64,000 bases of DNA from Plasmodiophora brassicae (taxonomy: Eukaryota): NCBI GenBank assembly GCA_036867785.1, contig CP145412.1, positions 1,054,001 through 1,118,000 on the forward strand, in the 5' to 3' direction. The position numbers and the translations under genes were made by a program. The notes below the pieces were generated by a model. The model saw only the letters and a program-made list of their open reading frames with translations, was not told where the DNA came from and ran no database searches. Positions 37,497 through 51,800 of the stretch are shown piece by piece (the stretch's first letter is position 1; each line of letters starts with the position of its first letter).

Positions 37497-40400
37497 ATGA
37501 CGATCGCGTGGCTGTGCAGCGTGGCATTGCTGTGCTGGCTGGCCGGGGCTGATGAGTCGCTTCCAATGCTGAACGTGCACCTTGTGCCGCATACGCACGA
37601 TGATGTTGGGTGGTTGAAAACGGTGGATCAGGTTGGGGGTGCATTTGGCGTGCCTGATGTCGTGGACCTCCGCTGAACACTGTGCAGTACTATGTCGGAT
37701 CGAAGCAGGAAACCCAGCGAGCATCAGTGCGATACGTGCTGGATACGACGATCCGAGCCCTACTCGAAGATAGCAAGAGGAAGTTCATCTACGTTGAGGT
37801 GGCGTTCTTTGAACGTTGGTGGACGGAGCAGACGGATGCCATGAAGGATAAAGTTCGCGAGCTGGTGCACAACGGCCAACTTGAGTTCATCAATGGCGGT
37901 TGGGCAATGTACGACGTTCTCTGCTCTGTTGTCGACGTTTACTATGCTGATACGCGCACGACAGGAACGACGAGGCATGCGTTTTCTACCAGTCGACGAT
38001 CGACCAGATGACCCTGGGACATCGCTGGCTCAATGACACGTTCAACGTTCAGCCAACGATCGGGTGGGCCGTTGACCCGTTCGGCCACTCGTCTCAACAG
38101 GTCTGTTGCACATGATCGTAACAATTCGCAGCCCATCGCAATTGACAGTTTTTACACAGGCGAGCGCGTTCGCCGACATAGGATTCACGACGTTCGTTCT
38201 CGGTCGCGTTGATGACCAAGATCGGTCATGGCGCAAAACCGCCAAAGAGCTCGAATTCATCTGGAGGCCAAGTAAGAGCCTTGGCCCGGGCAACCAGATC
38301 CTGGGTGCCATCACGCCGGAAGGATATTGTATGGCCGCGTCGTTGCTAGGTTGAGATGCTTCCGTTGAGCAACGTTTGTAGATCCTCCCGGCGACTTCTG
38401 CATTGACGAGACCTGCAACGACGACCCACTGCAGGATCGCGACGACCTGTTCGACAACAACATGGAGGCGAAGGCGGACAAGTTCGCGAAAGAGGTCCGC
38501 GAATGGGCCAGCTGGTATCGCGATGGCGACATGATGCTGACCATGGGAGGCGACTTTCACTACTCCAACGCGCACATCAATTTCGCCAACCTGGACAAGC
38601 TGATCGCGTACTTCAACAAACGCACCGACAAGTACCGGGTAAGCTCCGCCGTATGTGCCCTCTTGCACCGATCATGCCGTGACCCGATGGTAGATGAACC
38701 TGTTCTACTCCACGCCGACGGCCTACTTTGCGAAGCGGTTATCCGACACAGCGCCTTACGCGGTGAAAACCGACGATTTCTTCCCGTAACCAGGCCCCGT
38801 TCATGCCTCTCGGTTGGCTATGGATCTGACCATGTCGACTAGGTATGGGACCGGGGGTGGGCACGCTTACTGGGTCGGCTATTACACGTCGCGACCCGCC
38901 TTCAAGCGGTACGGACGTGTGTCAAACGCCCACCTCCAAGTCTGCAAGCAGCTGCAGGCACTGGCAGGCACCGGCGGCGATGTCGAAACTCTGAAGCGAG
39001 CAATGGCCGTCTCCCAGCATCATGATGCCGTCTCGGGCACTGAGAAGCAGCACGTCGCCAACGACTACGCCAAACGGCTGGCAATCGGGAGCGCAGGCTG
39101 CGATGACGTTATCCAGCGAGCCCTGGAAAAGCTCACTGGCTCGGCCAGTGTCAAGTATGAGCGATGCCCGTTACTGAACATCAGCGTCTGCGAAGTGACG
39201 CAGGGCAGCGACCGGTTCTCCGTCACCGCCTACAACAGCCTCGGTCAGGAGCGCAGCGAGTTCCTGCAGATACCTGTCGAGTCGCCTTCATGGATCGTTA
39301 CCGATGCCAGCGGCAACGACATCGATGCTCAGATCGTGTCCAACATTCACGACCAGGCGACGAGTGGCGACGTTTCGGCCTCTATCTATACGCTCTTCTT
39401 TAGGGCCACGACGCCACCTCTGGGATTTGCCGTTTACACGGTTCGCAAGGCATCGCCAGACGAGGCGACGAGTGCCCCTGTACCCTGGATTGTCACCAGG
39501 AAAGAGGACGGATGTGACGCGTTCGTGTTGGAGAACGATAAGCTTCGCGTGCAGTTGTGCCCCAAGACGGGACGCGTCAAGAAGATCACGAACAAGGCCG
39601 ACGAGATCATTGTCGAGATCGACCAGACATGGCACCAGTACATCAGTCACGATGATCAGGGCGGGGGTCCATCCGGCGCCTACATCTTCCGCCCGCAGAC
39701 GCAAGAACCTGAACCAATCGGACCGTCACCGAAACGGGTCATGTTCTCACGTGGGCCGCTCGTCAGTCAGGTCCATCAGACGTTCTCCGATGGGGTCAGC
39801 CAGACTATTCGACTGTGGCACGACGCCGAACATGTCGAAATCGAGTTCACCGTTGGACCGATTGATGTCGACGATGGCCTCGGGCGCGAAGTTGTCACTA
39901 GGTACTCGTCGGATATCGCGAGCGGCGACAAGTTTGCCACTGATTCGAACGGACGTGAAATGATGGATCGGCGTCGTGATTACCGGCCAACGTGGCTGGT
40001 CGACATCAAGGAGCCCGTTGCTTCCAACTACTACCCGGTTACCACAGCGATATCGTTACGCGACGACGGTAGAGCCATGACCGTGCTGACTGATCGTTCG
40101 CAAGGTGGTACCAGCCTGCGATCTGGGCAACTGGAACTTATGGTCCATCGTCGCACGCTTTTCGACGACCACCTGGGCGTCGGTGAGCCGATCAATGAGT
40201 TGGGTGCCGACAAGCGAGGGCTGGTAATTCGCGGGACGCACCGTTTGATCGTGAGCAAGCCTGAACGTGCCGCACACCTGCACCGGATTCTACAAGATCA
40301 GGTCGCGCATCCATTTGCTCCCAAATTCGCAGCCTTGCCGTCGCTCAGTTCCGATACGGTCGGGGGCACGACGATGTACACGGGTCTGACGACAAGTTTG

Positions 40401-40715
40401 CCCGAGGGCGTACAATTGGTAACTGTGGAGGAGCTACCTGATGGCGACTGGCTTGTACGTTTGGGGCACCAATTCGCCGTCGACGAAGACAGTGGGTTGT
40501 CTACCTCTGTCAGCATCGATTTGGCCTCTACCTTCAAAGGTCGTTGCATCCAGCATGCCGTTGAGCTGAACCTATCCGCCAACCAGGTTCGCAAGGAGGC
40601 ATCAGCCAACGGTTCAACTGCGCCTTGGAAGGTATCACTCGCTCCCATGGAAATCAAAACCTGGAAAATCCGCTTCGGCCGGTGCTCAGGACTCGACCCC
40701 GTCGCAACAATGTAG
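37497..40715 (+). CDS. Lysosomal/vacuolar alpha-mannosidase, GH38 (MAN2B1-like), multi-exon
   Basis: Signal peptide; [88 protein letters not shown]. Confidence 0.96.
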
Positions 40716-40817
40716 CGACTCTACTGCTGGCTGTATCCATGCCCCCTCTAGTCTAAGCCTGCCCTCCCCTGGACACGAAATCAATATGATGTTAATAGTC
40801 ATAAACTTCTGAGGGGT

Positions 40818-42733
40818 TTATGTTGCGAATCTCAGCCCTTTGACGCCCCTCAAGCCAATATGCGCCAGCATTGGTTTCTGCAAAGCGATGTGAGACCACG
40901 GTATGATGAAGAAGACAACGCCTAAGCATGCTCTACCTGGATAATCGGGATTTCTTTCAAGCCCAATAGAACCGCGTACTTGTTGGCGTAATGGACGAGA
41001 TCGCCCTTGGTCCACCCACAACGCTTCAAGTTTGCACAATAATGCGCTAAAAATCCGATATATGCACGTTCAGCAGCATCGTACAGAATCTCATCCGAAA
41101 CCACGCTGGACAATGAGGAAAACAGATTACTGGAGGGTTCCGCTTTGACAATCGGGGACAAGTGAGATAGGTCTTCGATGGGTACGCCTTTGAGTTCACG
41201 CACGAGGCCCATTTCGAATGGTGCCAACAGCAGCATGGATTTGGCAGGTACTCCAGCAGCAGAACTCTGCCCGAGCCTATGCAAATATCCGTCCTTTGAC
41301 GTAATGCCAACTTGGATAACCAGGGTAACTCGAGGACTGCACAGAAGCAACATCAGTTAACGTCGTGATCGAAAGCAGTGCTCCGCACGTACTATTTCGT
41401 CTTGTCGACGACCGTGTCTGACGTGAACAGCATCACGTTTTGTGCATCCTTAAAATTATTCGACATGGCGATCTTCTTCTGTTGACCCATTCGAGAATGC
41501 AGCTCAAGGACAGGATAGCCGGCCTTGACGAACAGTTTCGCGTAATAGGATGCGTTTCGGGATGTGACAAAGAAAACGAGGATCTTGAAGTTGTCCGGAT
41601 ACGCCTCCATGTGCTCTTTGATGGCTGCCTCCAGTGCGGCAATGTGGTTTTCAAACGGTACAGTAATCACTTGCTGCTCGACTTTGACAGCTTCCTTGGC
41701 TATGTCCGTCCCGACAGTATCGATGTAGTGATGAACGGGCCGCAGCACAAGTTGAGCAATGTTGTGCAGAGGCACAGGCAAGAAGTCTGTAAACAATACC
41801 GACTGGCGATACTTCTTGTCCGGGAGGTACCCTGGTGAAGGTCAGAAGAGCATATCAAAAGTGAATATATTGACTGACCGAGGATCTTAACAACATCCTT
41901 TTCGAGGGATTCGCGAAGTATCCGGTCACCATCGGCAACCGCTAAATAGCGAAGGTCTTTAAGGCGGGACGCGAATCCCAAGGTCTGCATAAGATGGGCT
42001 TTCATCCGAGACGGCGTTGCAATGAGAAGATCGATGGGCACTGGAGACGCTAAACGCCGAGCTTCGGGCGTAATATCATTACCGCCTGTAGCGACAGTCG
42101 AATAAGCGCAAGCTAGCTGGGCATACATATGAACTGATGTACCCAGAAGGTTAACAATATTGATCTTGTGATATTTGGAAAGCTGCTCAGCAAGTTTCGC
42201 GACCTTCATCTACATCAAAGCACAACGTCAGCCCCACTAAGTGAAGCGCCCGTTGTTAACGAACTAACAGCAATATCCCGAGAAGGCGCAATGATGAGAG
42301 CGGTGACGTTCCTCGCGTTCGCAGTTCCCAAGTTGATAACGGTTTCAATCGCTGGAATAAGAAACGTGGACGTCCTTCCCTAAAAGGATGGGCACATTAC
42401 CATTAATGCCATGGCGATTAATGTGAAGCCCGCGAGGCTTACCGCTCCTGGTTGGGCTCTGCATAGCAGGTCATGCCCAGCTAGGAGAACTGGCAGCGTC
42501 CGCGCCTGAAACGGCGTCATAAACGTCCACTTCATTGCCTCGATGGCCCTGGACGTCTCATGCGACAAGCCCAGCGTATCGAACGGCACTTCGACCATCG
42601 TGCGCGCAGGTGCACGGCGCTCCGGAGCCGGCATCGCCTCTGCCACCACATCGGTATGCGTCGAACGGCAGGCGGCGACCCGGCGGCAACCTGCTCGGTG
42701 CGCCCATCGCAATACGCCACGAACCGACAACAT
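40818..42733 (-). CDS. DEAD-box-fold pseudo-helicase (Mss116/plant RH25-31-like) with putative mitochondrial presequence, multi-exon
   Basis: Q-motif MTPFQ, I AQPGAGRT, Ia APSRDIA, Ib ATPSR, II ADGD, III FTD, IV ILVFF, ELHSRMGQ, VI HRLGQSS; C-terminal AYIGFLAHY...YAVLLGL..IP...IGLRGVKGL. Confidence 0.85.
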
Positions 42734-42901
42734 GTCCACGAGAGATTGACGTTGCAGCTACCACTGCCACGGACCGCAACGGCAATGGGGGTTCCAGGAC
42801 GCCGGCCGTTGGCGCAGTGGAAGCTGCTGCATACGGCAAAAATAATGGGAGCAGTGGCGCTCCTACTTAACATAGTCCTGCCCCTGGGACGTTGATAACA
42901 T

Positions 42902-43430
42902 TTATCTGTACAATGGCCCAAGGACCAGCATCGGAATGCTGTTAGGCGGTTGGTCAGGCGGTCGACGGTTCGGGCTCGGCGGCCGGGTGTCGTTGTAGAT
43001 TGGCGTCCACAGGTCCATCCGTCGCTGGAGGATGTGGTTGGACACGCCGAGTAGTGCGACGTGGATGAAGAGCATGGATATGAAAGGCGCAGTGCCGATG
43101 TCCGTCTTGAACACGTCGATGCAGACGACGGCGCTTGTGACAGATGAGTACAACCAGATTGGCCCTTGAGTTCGACGGAACAAGGCTGTGGAATCGAAAT
43201 CAGCCTTGTGGATTCCGCCAATGGACGAATGTAGTCCCGTTACCAGTCAGACCGGCAGCCACGATTAAAAGAGATACGGTCAAGTCTCCCGTCGGCGATA
43301 TTGACGAGAAACCAAGCTCTAGCGACCGCCTTTGACGCGACAGGTAGAACAGGACGATTAGGGAAACGTCGGCCATCAGCAGGAAGGCGAGCACGTGCTC
43401 CCACCAGGTCCACAGGCCTTGCGCTGCCAT
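42902..43430 (-). CDS. Small multi-pass membrane hypothetical protein, 2 exons
   Basis: Four hydrophobic segments (HVLAFLLMADVSLIVLFYL; LTVSLLIVAAGL; IWLYSSVTSAVVCI; FISMLFIHVALLGV) and a Pro-rich tail. Confidence 0.6.
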
Positions 43431-43930
43431 TGTTGTTAAGCGGCAAACCACCCTAATCGGATACATGACTGACTGCGATGGCGATGGGCGAACATGATAA
43501 TCGGTGTTCGAGGTCGGAAAGCAGGATCGCTGCTGTCTGCATCGATTTGACCTGGACCCGGTTTGCGAGCGATACCTATTGCAATCTGCAGCACGCTCAA
43601 CGTCCATCTCCCGAATTTGGCGTACGCTAGCGACCTTCCCGCTGGTGAACTCGATCAGGGACGGGATGGAGCGGTCACCAGGGAGAGCGGGCTGCCGAAG
43701 CTGCCCATTCTCGCTGAATATCGGTGCGGGCCGGTAATGGCAATGCATCGTGGGATGCCGTTTGGGCTGCACATCGATCGCAACCTCACGTAGCGGGGAA
43801 TACGGACGCGTCGTCGGTAGCATGGTCGTATGGCTGGTCGCCAACGTCAGCTTGGTCGCTCTGAGACTGACTGCCTCGAACGGCCTTTCCCGCTGCACAA
43901 ACGTTGCCCCCGTATGTATTGTACATTCGC

Positions 43931-45523
43931 TCATTGCTTGCCGTTGGTTACATTGAACATAGTCCTTAAGAACGGGTTGAGGAATCGGCCTGCTGGATCA
44001 ACACTTTGTCGTAGCTGGGCAAACGCGTGCCACTTCGGCAGCAGATCCGGCAGGCGCCACAGATCAGTGCAAAAGTGTTTCCCGAGATGCGGGACGCCCC
44101 CGCAATCGACCAAAGCCGATTGCAGGCTTCTCATGAGCGGCATGCTGTCTTCGGTCCATTTCGCGTCCGCCGGCAGATACACCAGGAAGCCGATGAAGCA
44201 GGCGGGGCCGGGACTCGCCGGTGAAATCCATGTTGACGACTGTCCTGTACACCTGAATATGAACGGGTAATGAAGAGACTCGGTGCCGTTGACTTTCAGC
44301 CAGGAAACAAGCGCTTGGAGAGACTCATCGAGCCGGTGCAAAGGGATAGCAATCTCACCTAAGAGTAACGGTCACTGCGTTAATGGAGAGCGCCACAATG
44401 GCGTAGCTCACAATTGATTTGTGGAACGGGAATTCCCTTGGTCACTACTTCGTGTAACCTGCCAGTCTGGTTTGTCGTGTTTCGAAAGCGATTGATCGTG
44501 GCAAACTGGCATCCGACGAGGCCGGGATCGCGCGTATGCACAGCCATTTTCTCAGTCAAGATGTCCACCGTCTCGTTCAGCGTCACGTCAACGTCGCCTG
44601 ACTCGAGCATTTTCTTATCTGTGATTTCATCGATGCGCCACACGTGAACCAGTGACGTTTCAGGGTACCTAGACGTATCGTTGTACAGGGTCAGCACCAA
44701 CGCCGATACCTGCCGACCGTAGGCACACTGACCACCAAGCCTTGCAGAACTCCGACTCGCGATTCCATGCGAGCCAATTTCCTGCGAAGTCGTCGAAGCT
44801 GGCACTGAACTTCCGACAGAGGAATTGCCGCTCAGGTGCTGTCTCGAGCGTCACTGATCGGATCACGCCGAGAACGCCCAGGCTTGCGGCATAAGCGCCC
44901 AACCGAGGGTCGCCCTTGTCGACACTTATCACCGACCCGTCTGCTTGTACGACTTCAAGTCCGATTACGGCGTCGCTCAAAGACGATTGTCTGAGTCCCT
45001 GCCTGGCTGCCAGTTAACCAAACAAGCGCTGGAGAACGTCGACGGTTGGGTACCCGTGTGTCGCCGTCGAGATGGCCCCCGCGATTGTTTGCATGCCAAT
45101 AACCCCAGGTGAACATGGCAGCATTCGACCCTTGGACGCCAGAATCGAAATGATCTCGTCGACGGGTGTGCCGGCTCCGAATCGCGCCGTGTGTGTCTCG
45201 GGGTCCCAGTGCTCGAGCCCGTTGAAGTTGGACATCTGAATGATGATCGTTCTATCATCATCAACGGCGGCGATCGGCTCAAACGATAGGCCGCTGCCGA
45301 CGACCCTGACAGATGTCGTCGGACGGCTGCGAAGCAGGTCGGCGATTTCCGAGGTCGTAGACGGCCTGACAATCTGCGACTTTCGGCCGAGTCGGGTGAC
45401 CCCGCTCCAGTTCGTCAGGAACGGCGACGACGGGGGTGTGATACCGGACACCGTCACTGGAGGGTGCAGCTCGTGTTCGTCTTCGATGACTAGACGGACA
45501 CCAGATGGCGGCGCGGCCGGCAT
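43931..45523 (-). CDS. FAD-linked aldonolactone oxidoreductase (L-gulonolactone / D-arabinono-1,4-lactone oxidase family), multi-exon
   Basis: NWSG...RPSTTSEI...VRVVGSGLSF, QTIAGAISTATHG, SLGVLGVI, PHLGK, DPAGRFLNPFL. Confidence 0.9.
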
Positions 45524-45769
45524 GAGATCCAAACCTACGACGATTGATATGATCGCAAGTACAGGCTTGACTCCCGGGCAACGTGAATCTAATGGTTGAC
45601 TTCTGCAAATCTTTGGGGAACGCCCCGAAACGTGTCTGAAAACGTGAGTTATCTATCCCGATGGACTGCGATTAGATGCGAACCTGGTGAATGGACGTGG
45701 GGACTCCCACTGGGGATAGTGGTCTTCGGAACTCCGAGACGTGGCGCAGCTGTCCTTGTGACGGCGGAG

Positions 45770-46429
45770 ATGGAGGATACCATTCTGGCACAGGCGTCCG
45801 GCGTCGGTCTGCAGGCCGACCTATCGTTCTTCCAGAAAGAACATGCGTTCACGTTCGTGCCGCACCCGTTAGCGCCGACCCGGCGGCGCGGTAAGGAACC
45901 GCCGTCCCCTTGGTCGGCAGTGGCTGACCGAGAAATGGTAGTTGTCGGTACCGAAGGCGCTCCAAGTCAACGTGCCCAGCATTCCCTGTCGGCATCCGCT
46001 TCAAACTTGAGTATTGTACGTTCAGCTCCACTCACTGTGTGTCGATGAAGTGAACCTGATTTTTATCAGGCCACCGGACATGCATCCGTGTCGAATGCCA
46101 CGCGCGGTCTGAATACCACTGACGACCTGCGCATGACCAGTTCAGTGCGAGGTTCCGTTGTTAGTTCCAAATACGAAACGCCATGCATCATCGGTGTCAA
46201 CTCGAAGCCGACGATCAAACAGCTGTGGCTGGAAACACAGCGACTGAAGCGGAAAGTGCCTGAAGCGCCGGGCACTTCGGCGTCTCTTACTTCTATCCGC
46301 CGCGATGGTCGCGCGTTTCCTGAACTGGACCATGGACTGCACCACCGGTACCCCAAACCCTCGTCGTCTACTAACCAGCCCTCCCTCCTCGCACCGAGCC
46401 ACGCACGAAGGTTGTCATCAATATACTGA
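45770..46429 (+). CDS. Hypothetical protein, 2 exons
   Basis: Two ORFs joined by a gtacgt...atcag intron (46016-46069); no family recognised. Confidence 0.5.
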
Positions 46430-46631
46430 GAACTGCGCGCAGCGATGGTGGAGCCCAATGGATTCTGGAATCAAGTCCTCGTCGATGGAATGCAGGATCG
46501 TAAGGCGCCGAAGCGCCGCTACCCATCGCAGCCTGCTGCCGACCACTACCGCACCGTCCAAAATTCGAAAGGCAGCCGTATTTTGGCGCGCGGGCTAGCC
46601 AGGACGGGGTGGCGCTGACGAAACCTTCCGT

Positions 46632-48707
46632 ATGTCGTTGCAGCGGCATGGCCCGTTGAACGGCGCCGGCGACCCGTTGTCATCGTTGTACAGCTCGGCG
46701 ATGCCGAAGCAGTCTTCCGTATCGGCAGAGTCTGACTGCGATGGGTCGTGCGTCAAGTACAATCGCGAGCTTCCCGTGACGATCGCCAGTCTGGATCGAG
46801 ACCGGGACGACCGGTCAGCGATGCTGACGGTACGGATAACGTTGTCATCCGACACAGCCCGCAAGACGTCAGTACTGCGCGTTGAATTGGTCGATGCTTG
46901 TGATCCGCTCTTTTTGTACATTCTCCACGTGAGCGAAGCCGATTTCCACATTCTGAAACAGCAGCAAAACCTTCTCGTCGACTTTTCGTCGTTCCCTGCC
47001 CACCTCATACGATTGCTTGATTGCTGCGTCGAATCCGCTTCTCATTCCGATCCCAAGTACGTTCTAAGCATGAGTGCGTTTATATCGTTCTAACGTTAGG
47101 TTTAGGCATATTGCTCGGCTCGACATTCGACCAACTCAATCGCGAGCTACCTTTACGTTGCTGGAGACTAACCGGTTCCGGTTAGATATTGGTTTTGATT
47201 ATAGTACGCCTTCAAGCGCTAATACTGCATAATAGCTACCTGCATCATTTGGAGTTAGAATTTCTTGCAGCTTCTGACGCGCAGTTAAAGGAGAGCCTGT
47301 CATCTAACATCAAGCAACTCAAAGTAACCAACTTTGCTTTTGAAAAGTGTCCTTAATTATTAAGAGGCGTCGATAGGCAACATCATCAACGTTGCATGGC
47401 GAGCTCGACCAGGTCACCGCAACCTTACATGATCGGGAGAGCAAACTGGAAGAATTGAACAGAAACTACAAAGCCCTGATGTCTTCAACAGAAGCCGAAA
47501 AGCTCGCTGTTCAAAGTCGATTCAACGAAAGGCTTGCGCAAGTAAATGCAGAACATGCTGCCTACGTTCGACAACTTGAGGCGAAGTTCGAGGATGAGCG
47601 CCGCGCGTTGATTGCCGACCACAAGTCAGAAATGGCTCAGCTTACCAACAGGCTGGAGACCCTTCAGAACCAGGCTCGAGACCAGGCGGAATCTATATTC
47701 AATTTGAACCACTCATTGAAGAGTCTTCAGCAGCGTTTCGACAACCAGGCGAAGGACTTGGAAACTGCCAATTTCGACGTGAAACAACTACGAGCTACCA
47801 AAGAAGCGTTAGACCATCAGGTGGTTACGCAAGAGAAGGAGATCAATAAGGTCTGGTAGCCGCTGTGGAGCACTGGCTTTCGGGTTCTTATTGCTTCTAC
47901 AGTTGTCGTCGCGAGTGGCTTTTCTGGAACAGCAGATCGTCGACAAGGATGACGTTCTGCAGAAGACGAATTCCTTATTGGAAGCTGCTAAGGAACAGAA
48001 GTCCCACATCGAATCATCGTACGAAATGTACAAAGAAAACCTATCAAAGAGTGAGCGTCGTCTTGCCGAGTGCGCAAACGAGATCAAGAAAGGCAACCAA
48101 ATCATCCAATCCCTGCGGAATGACTTGAAAAACGTCAAAGCAAAGCTCAAACTTAAAGGTTCACATTCTACATCGGTATATGGTTTACAGCGCTAACTGT
48201 GACTTACCAGGCTCTGTCATTGTCCAGCAAGAGTCTGTACTGCTCTCTAAAGATCAGGAACTTCAAAGTGTTCAACATGCGCTGGCTGACCTGAAAGCCG
48301 AAGCTAAAGCGAAGGAAATCGAGGCACAGGCGACGGAAGTTGAGCTACGTCGGGCCAATAGCGACTTAGAAAAGAGCAAGGAAGTGATTGAGACCAATAC
48401 GAAGTTGATTGCTGCACTGAACCAACAAATTACCGAACTTCAGCTGAAGGTCAGCCGTCAGGCTCCACTTGGGGTGAGCACGTCGTCGCCTTACACATTC
48501 CGCCCTTCTTCGACATCCGGGTCAGCCCCTTCCCTGCCCTACAAGTCTGTTGACCCACTCAACACCTACCCCGGGTCTGCAAAGCCCTTCTCTTCCGCTC
48601 TAAGCTATTCTGCGACGCTGCCGTTGGTATCGAAACCCAGCCAACCACCTGTTCCGATGCCATCCAGCTCCTTCTTCTCATCTCCCCAAACTTCTGGTCC
48701 TCGATAA
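46632..48707 (+). CDS. SAS6: Centriole cartwheel protein SAS-6, multi-exon
   Basis: PISA motif LRVELVDACDPLFLY...SEADFHILKQQQNLLVDFSSFPAHLIRLL; long coiled coil including EIKKGNQIIQSL; Ser/Pro tail. Confidence 0.93.
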
Positions 48708-48857
48708 AATTGTTCGCATAATGCGTTCTCGTTGACATAATATAGTGCCTACGGTAGTGCCAGGGCCCAGGAGGCAGGAGCCGGTGGCGAGTGAGGTGCT
48801 GCGTACTGCGAGAACGCATTGCACTTTTTGGGGGGTTCGTCGTGCTTTGCAGCTGGC

Positions 48858-51800
48858 ATGACGGACCTCAAAGCGACCGACCTGTCTCCTCTGATCGACC
48901 ACATATCTCGAGTCGTATCCGCGTTCGCGCCGTCTGTCCCTGCCTCTGATGTCGCTGCGTCTCTTTCGAAATCAAGTTCGGTCCTGCTGCCGTTCGCTGA
49001 CGACCTCGACAGCAGCGTGCTATTCGTGTCGTTAAAGGCTGATGGCAACGATGGCGACGAGCGGAAACGTGAAATCCTTGTAGAATGTTATGTAGGTAAC
49101 TGCCCGCCATCGTCGAGAGATGATCTCGCGCGCGTCGCCTTCTCGCGTACCGTCCGTTCGCTTGACTTGGACGCACCTATCGCACAGCAAATCGTTGCGT
49201 GTCAATTCACCGAAGTTCTCATTGACGACATGTTATCCCAAGTTTCAATCATGCGGGTCGGCACAGTTTTCTCGATTTCTCGATTGATGGTCTGAACTGA
49301 GTGCACGACAGGCGAGCATAATGCCGGGATCGATCGATAATAGTTCCGCTGAAGGCACTACAAAGAGTTCTCAACTGAAAGGAGCGGTTACCAAGCTTAT
49401 GGAATTAGAAGCTGAATTGCAGCGGACATTAGGACGTTCTTCGCTGTACAGTGTACCGGTCGTCACTTTGAGTGTTGTCCCCCAAATCGGATCCTTTGTG
49501 CGAGAGAGCATTTGCCGAGGCGTCACACCTGCCGTTGCCGATATGGGGCCCATTGCATCCGATGACGTTGTAAGTTCCGCATACACGTTAATCGTTTCGT
49601 CTCGCACACTTACATTTATGACTAGTTCTTGAATAATGTCCAGCGGCGGATGCGCGACTGGAAGGCCTCCATCAAGGCTCTACAGGCAGTGGACAGGGAT
49701 CCTGCTGCTGGCTCCGCAATGGACGAGATCCACTTCTGGGACGCTGTCGACAAGGAGCTTACGAACGTCACTGATCAACTGCGTAGTCCTGCCGTTGTCT
49801 TGACATTCGACCTTCTCCGGCAGCAGCGTCGCTATCATGCTATCACTGGTTTCGAAAACGATTCAGGTCTCGCTGAACTTCGCATCAAAGTCAATGGTTA
49901 TTGCAAGATTCTTCGTGACTGGCCGGTTGACGCAGTCGTTTCGGCAAGAACCACGACTGACCTGATCTCTGCTATCCGGTCGTCACTTGTATATCTTCGT
50001 CAACAGTTGCGACGTACGAGCGATTACCCCCTTCCTCGCGCCGTGTATGCTTGTCATGCCCTTGGAAAAGATGTTGCCAGAGCTCTTAGCCAGTTAATCG
50101 ATGGGCGTTCCCTAATGAGTCTTGACTATTCGTCGTTTCACCGTGTAACACAAAGCTGTGCCGAGGTGATCTCAGTGTGGACCACGGAAGTGTCCGAGTT
50201 CCGCAACGACATTCGCGAGCTTCGTCACCAGCGGACCACTAGCCATGCTAAGCAGCAACTGTTAACTTCAGATGAAAGTCGGGAGACACTGAAGGCATTG
50301 ACGTGGACGATCAAGAACGACGACAAGGAATTAACAGATATCGGGTCAAGGATATCGGAATTGCAAAGACTTCGTAGGCAGTTCCGCCACCTTCGTTCTG
50401 TACTTCGAACAGCTTTTGCAGAACAGCAACAAGCGGAGGTCCTCCGTGATCTTGATTCTGCGTTCTTGCTGCTTCAAGTTCCTGACGCACTGGACCTTTC
50501 CCCGTCTGCGACATGGCGTTCATCTGTGGTGTCGTTTGAGCATCGAATCGACCACATAGAGGGGGAATTGGAGAACAGGATCAGAGACATACTCTTCGCG
50601 AATCAGGACAACCCTCGCTGCTTGTTCAACGTAAGGTCTAATCATGTAAACTTTCTGATTGCTTATTCCATGTAATAGATGTGTGCTCGGTTCCGTGGTC
50701 TGCTAGAACGCCCTCGTGTCCAATTAGCTATAAGAGACTTCCAGGAAAAGCTGCTTCGTACTGTAAAAGGGCACATCACGCAACTTCAAGATAAGTTCGA
50801 GCTGGGCTATCAAGGTAGCCAGTCGTCTGCTCTTAATTCCCTACGCGGTAGAGCTGCTGTCTCTGGGGCCATCCTTTGGGCGTAATCCTTCAATGTGCAT
50901 TGGACAACCGCAAAGTAGTAACATTTGTGTATAGGCAATGTCTTGAGCGGCAGCTCGATTTTTGGGTTGCTCGGGTCTCTGACGTTCTTGGGCCGAATTG
51001 GATGCACCACATTGAAGGATTGACCCTCCATCAGGACACAACCAATTTCCATTCGGTACGTGCTCTTTCATTTCAACGTGTACACGCTCAAAGTGCATAA
51101 TTGTACAGAATTTGTCTCGGTTTCGAGATGACACCTTCAATGGCTGGCTAGCCAGCTCGTCGCTGCAGAAATTCTCTGCTGACAGTCCTATTGTCACGCT
51201 GTCTGGTATGCGTCTGATGCCTAATTTCCCTTCAGAAATGTCCGGTCTTATTCAAGAGGTACGTCATGTGCAACTCCAGTCGACAGAAACATTTATCATG
51301 TGACTGCGCAGGTGTGTTCAATGTTGGCACTTGGCTTGCACATCCCGTTCGATATGCGAGTAATGGTCTCGGATGCTCGAGGGAAACAGCCTTTGGCAGA
51401 GCGCCTTTCTTGCGCTTTCAATACTTTATGGGCAATCTCAAAGTATGAGGACAGCGATTTCACTGGACAACTCTTGCTAGCAAGTGATCTTTCTCGAATG
51501 CATGACTGTCTTCTTGACTGTTCAAATCTCGTATGGAGTGCACGAGAGAACCGTCTCAAACAATGCGTTGATTCTTTTGTCATCGCTGTTGAAACGCTCC
51601 GTGACAAATTTGAAAGTCTTCGTACACTGTCCGCTACTATCAACTGTCTTCTCAGTGACCTGGCCACTGCCAGTGGCGCAGCGGCTGTTGAAATTGTGAA
51701 TCGTATGAGAAACGAAATCTCTGCAATCTTATTGCCGGATGCATTCGTCAATATTGATCACTGGATCGCCCAGCTCGACGAGAAACTCTTGGAGATCCTA

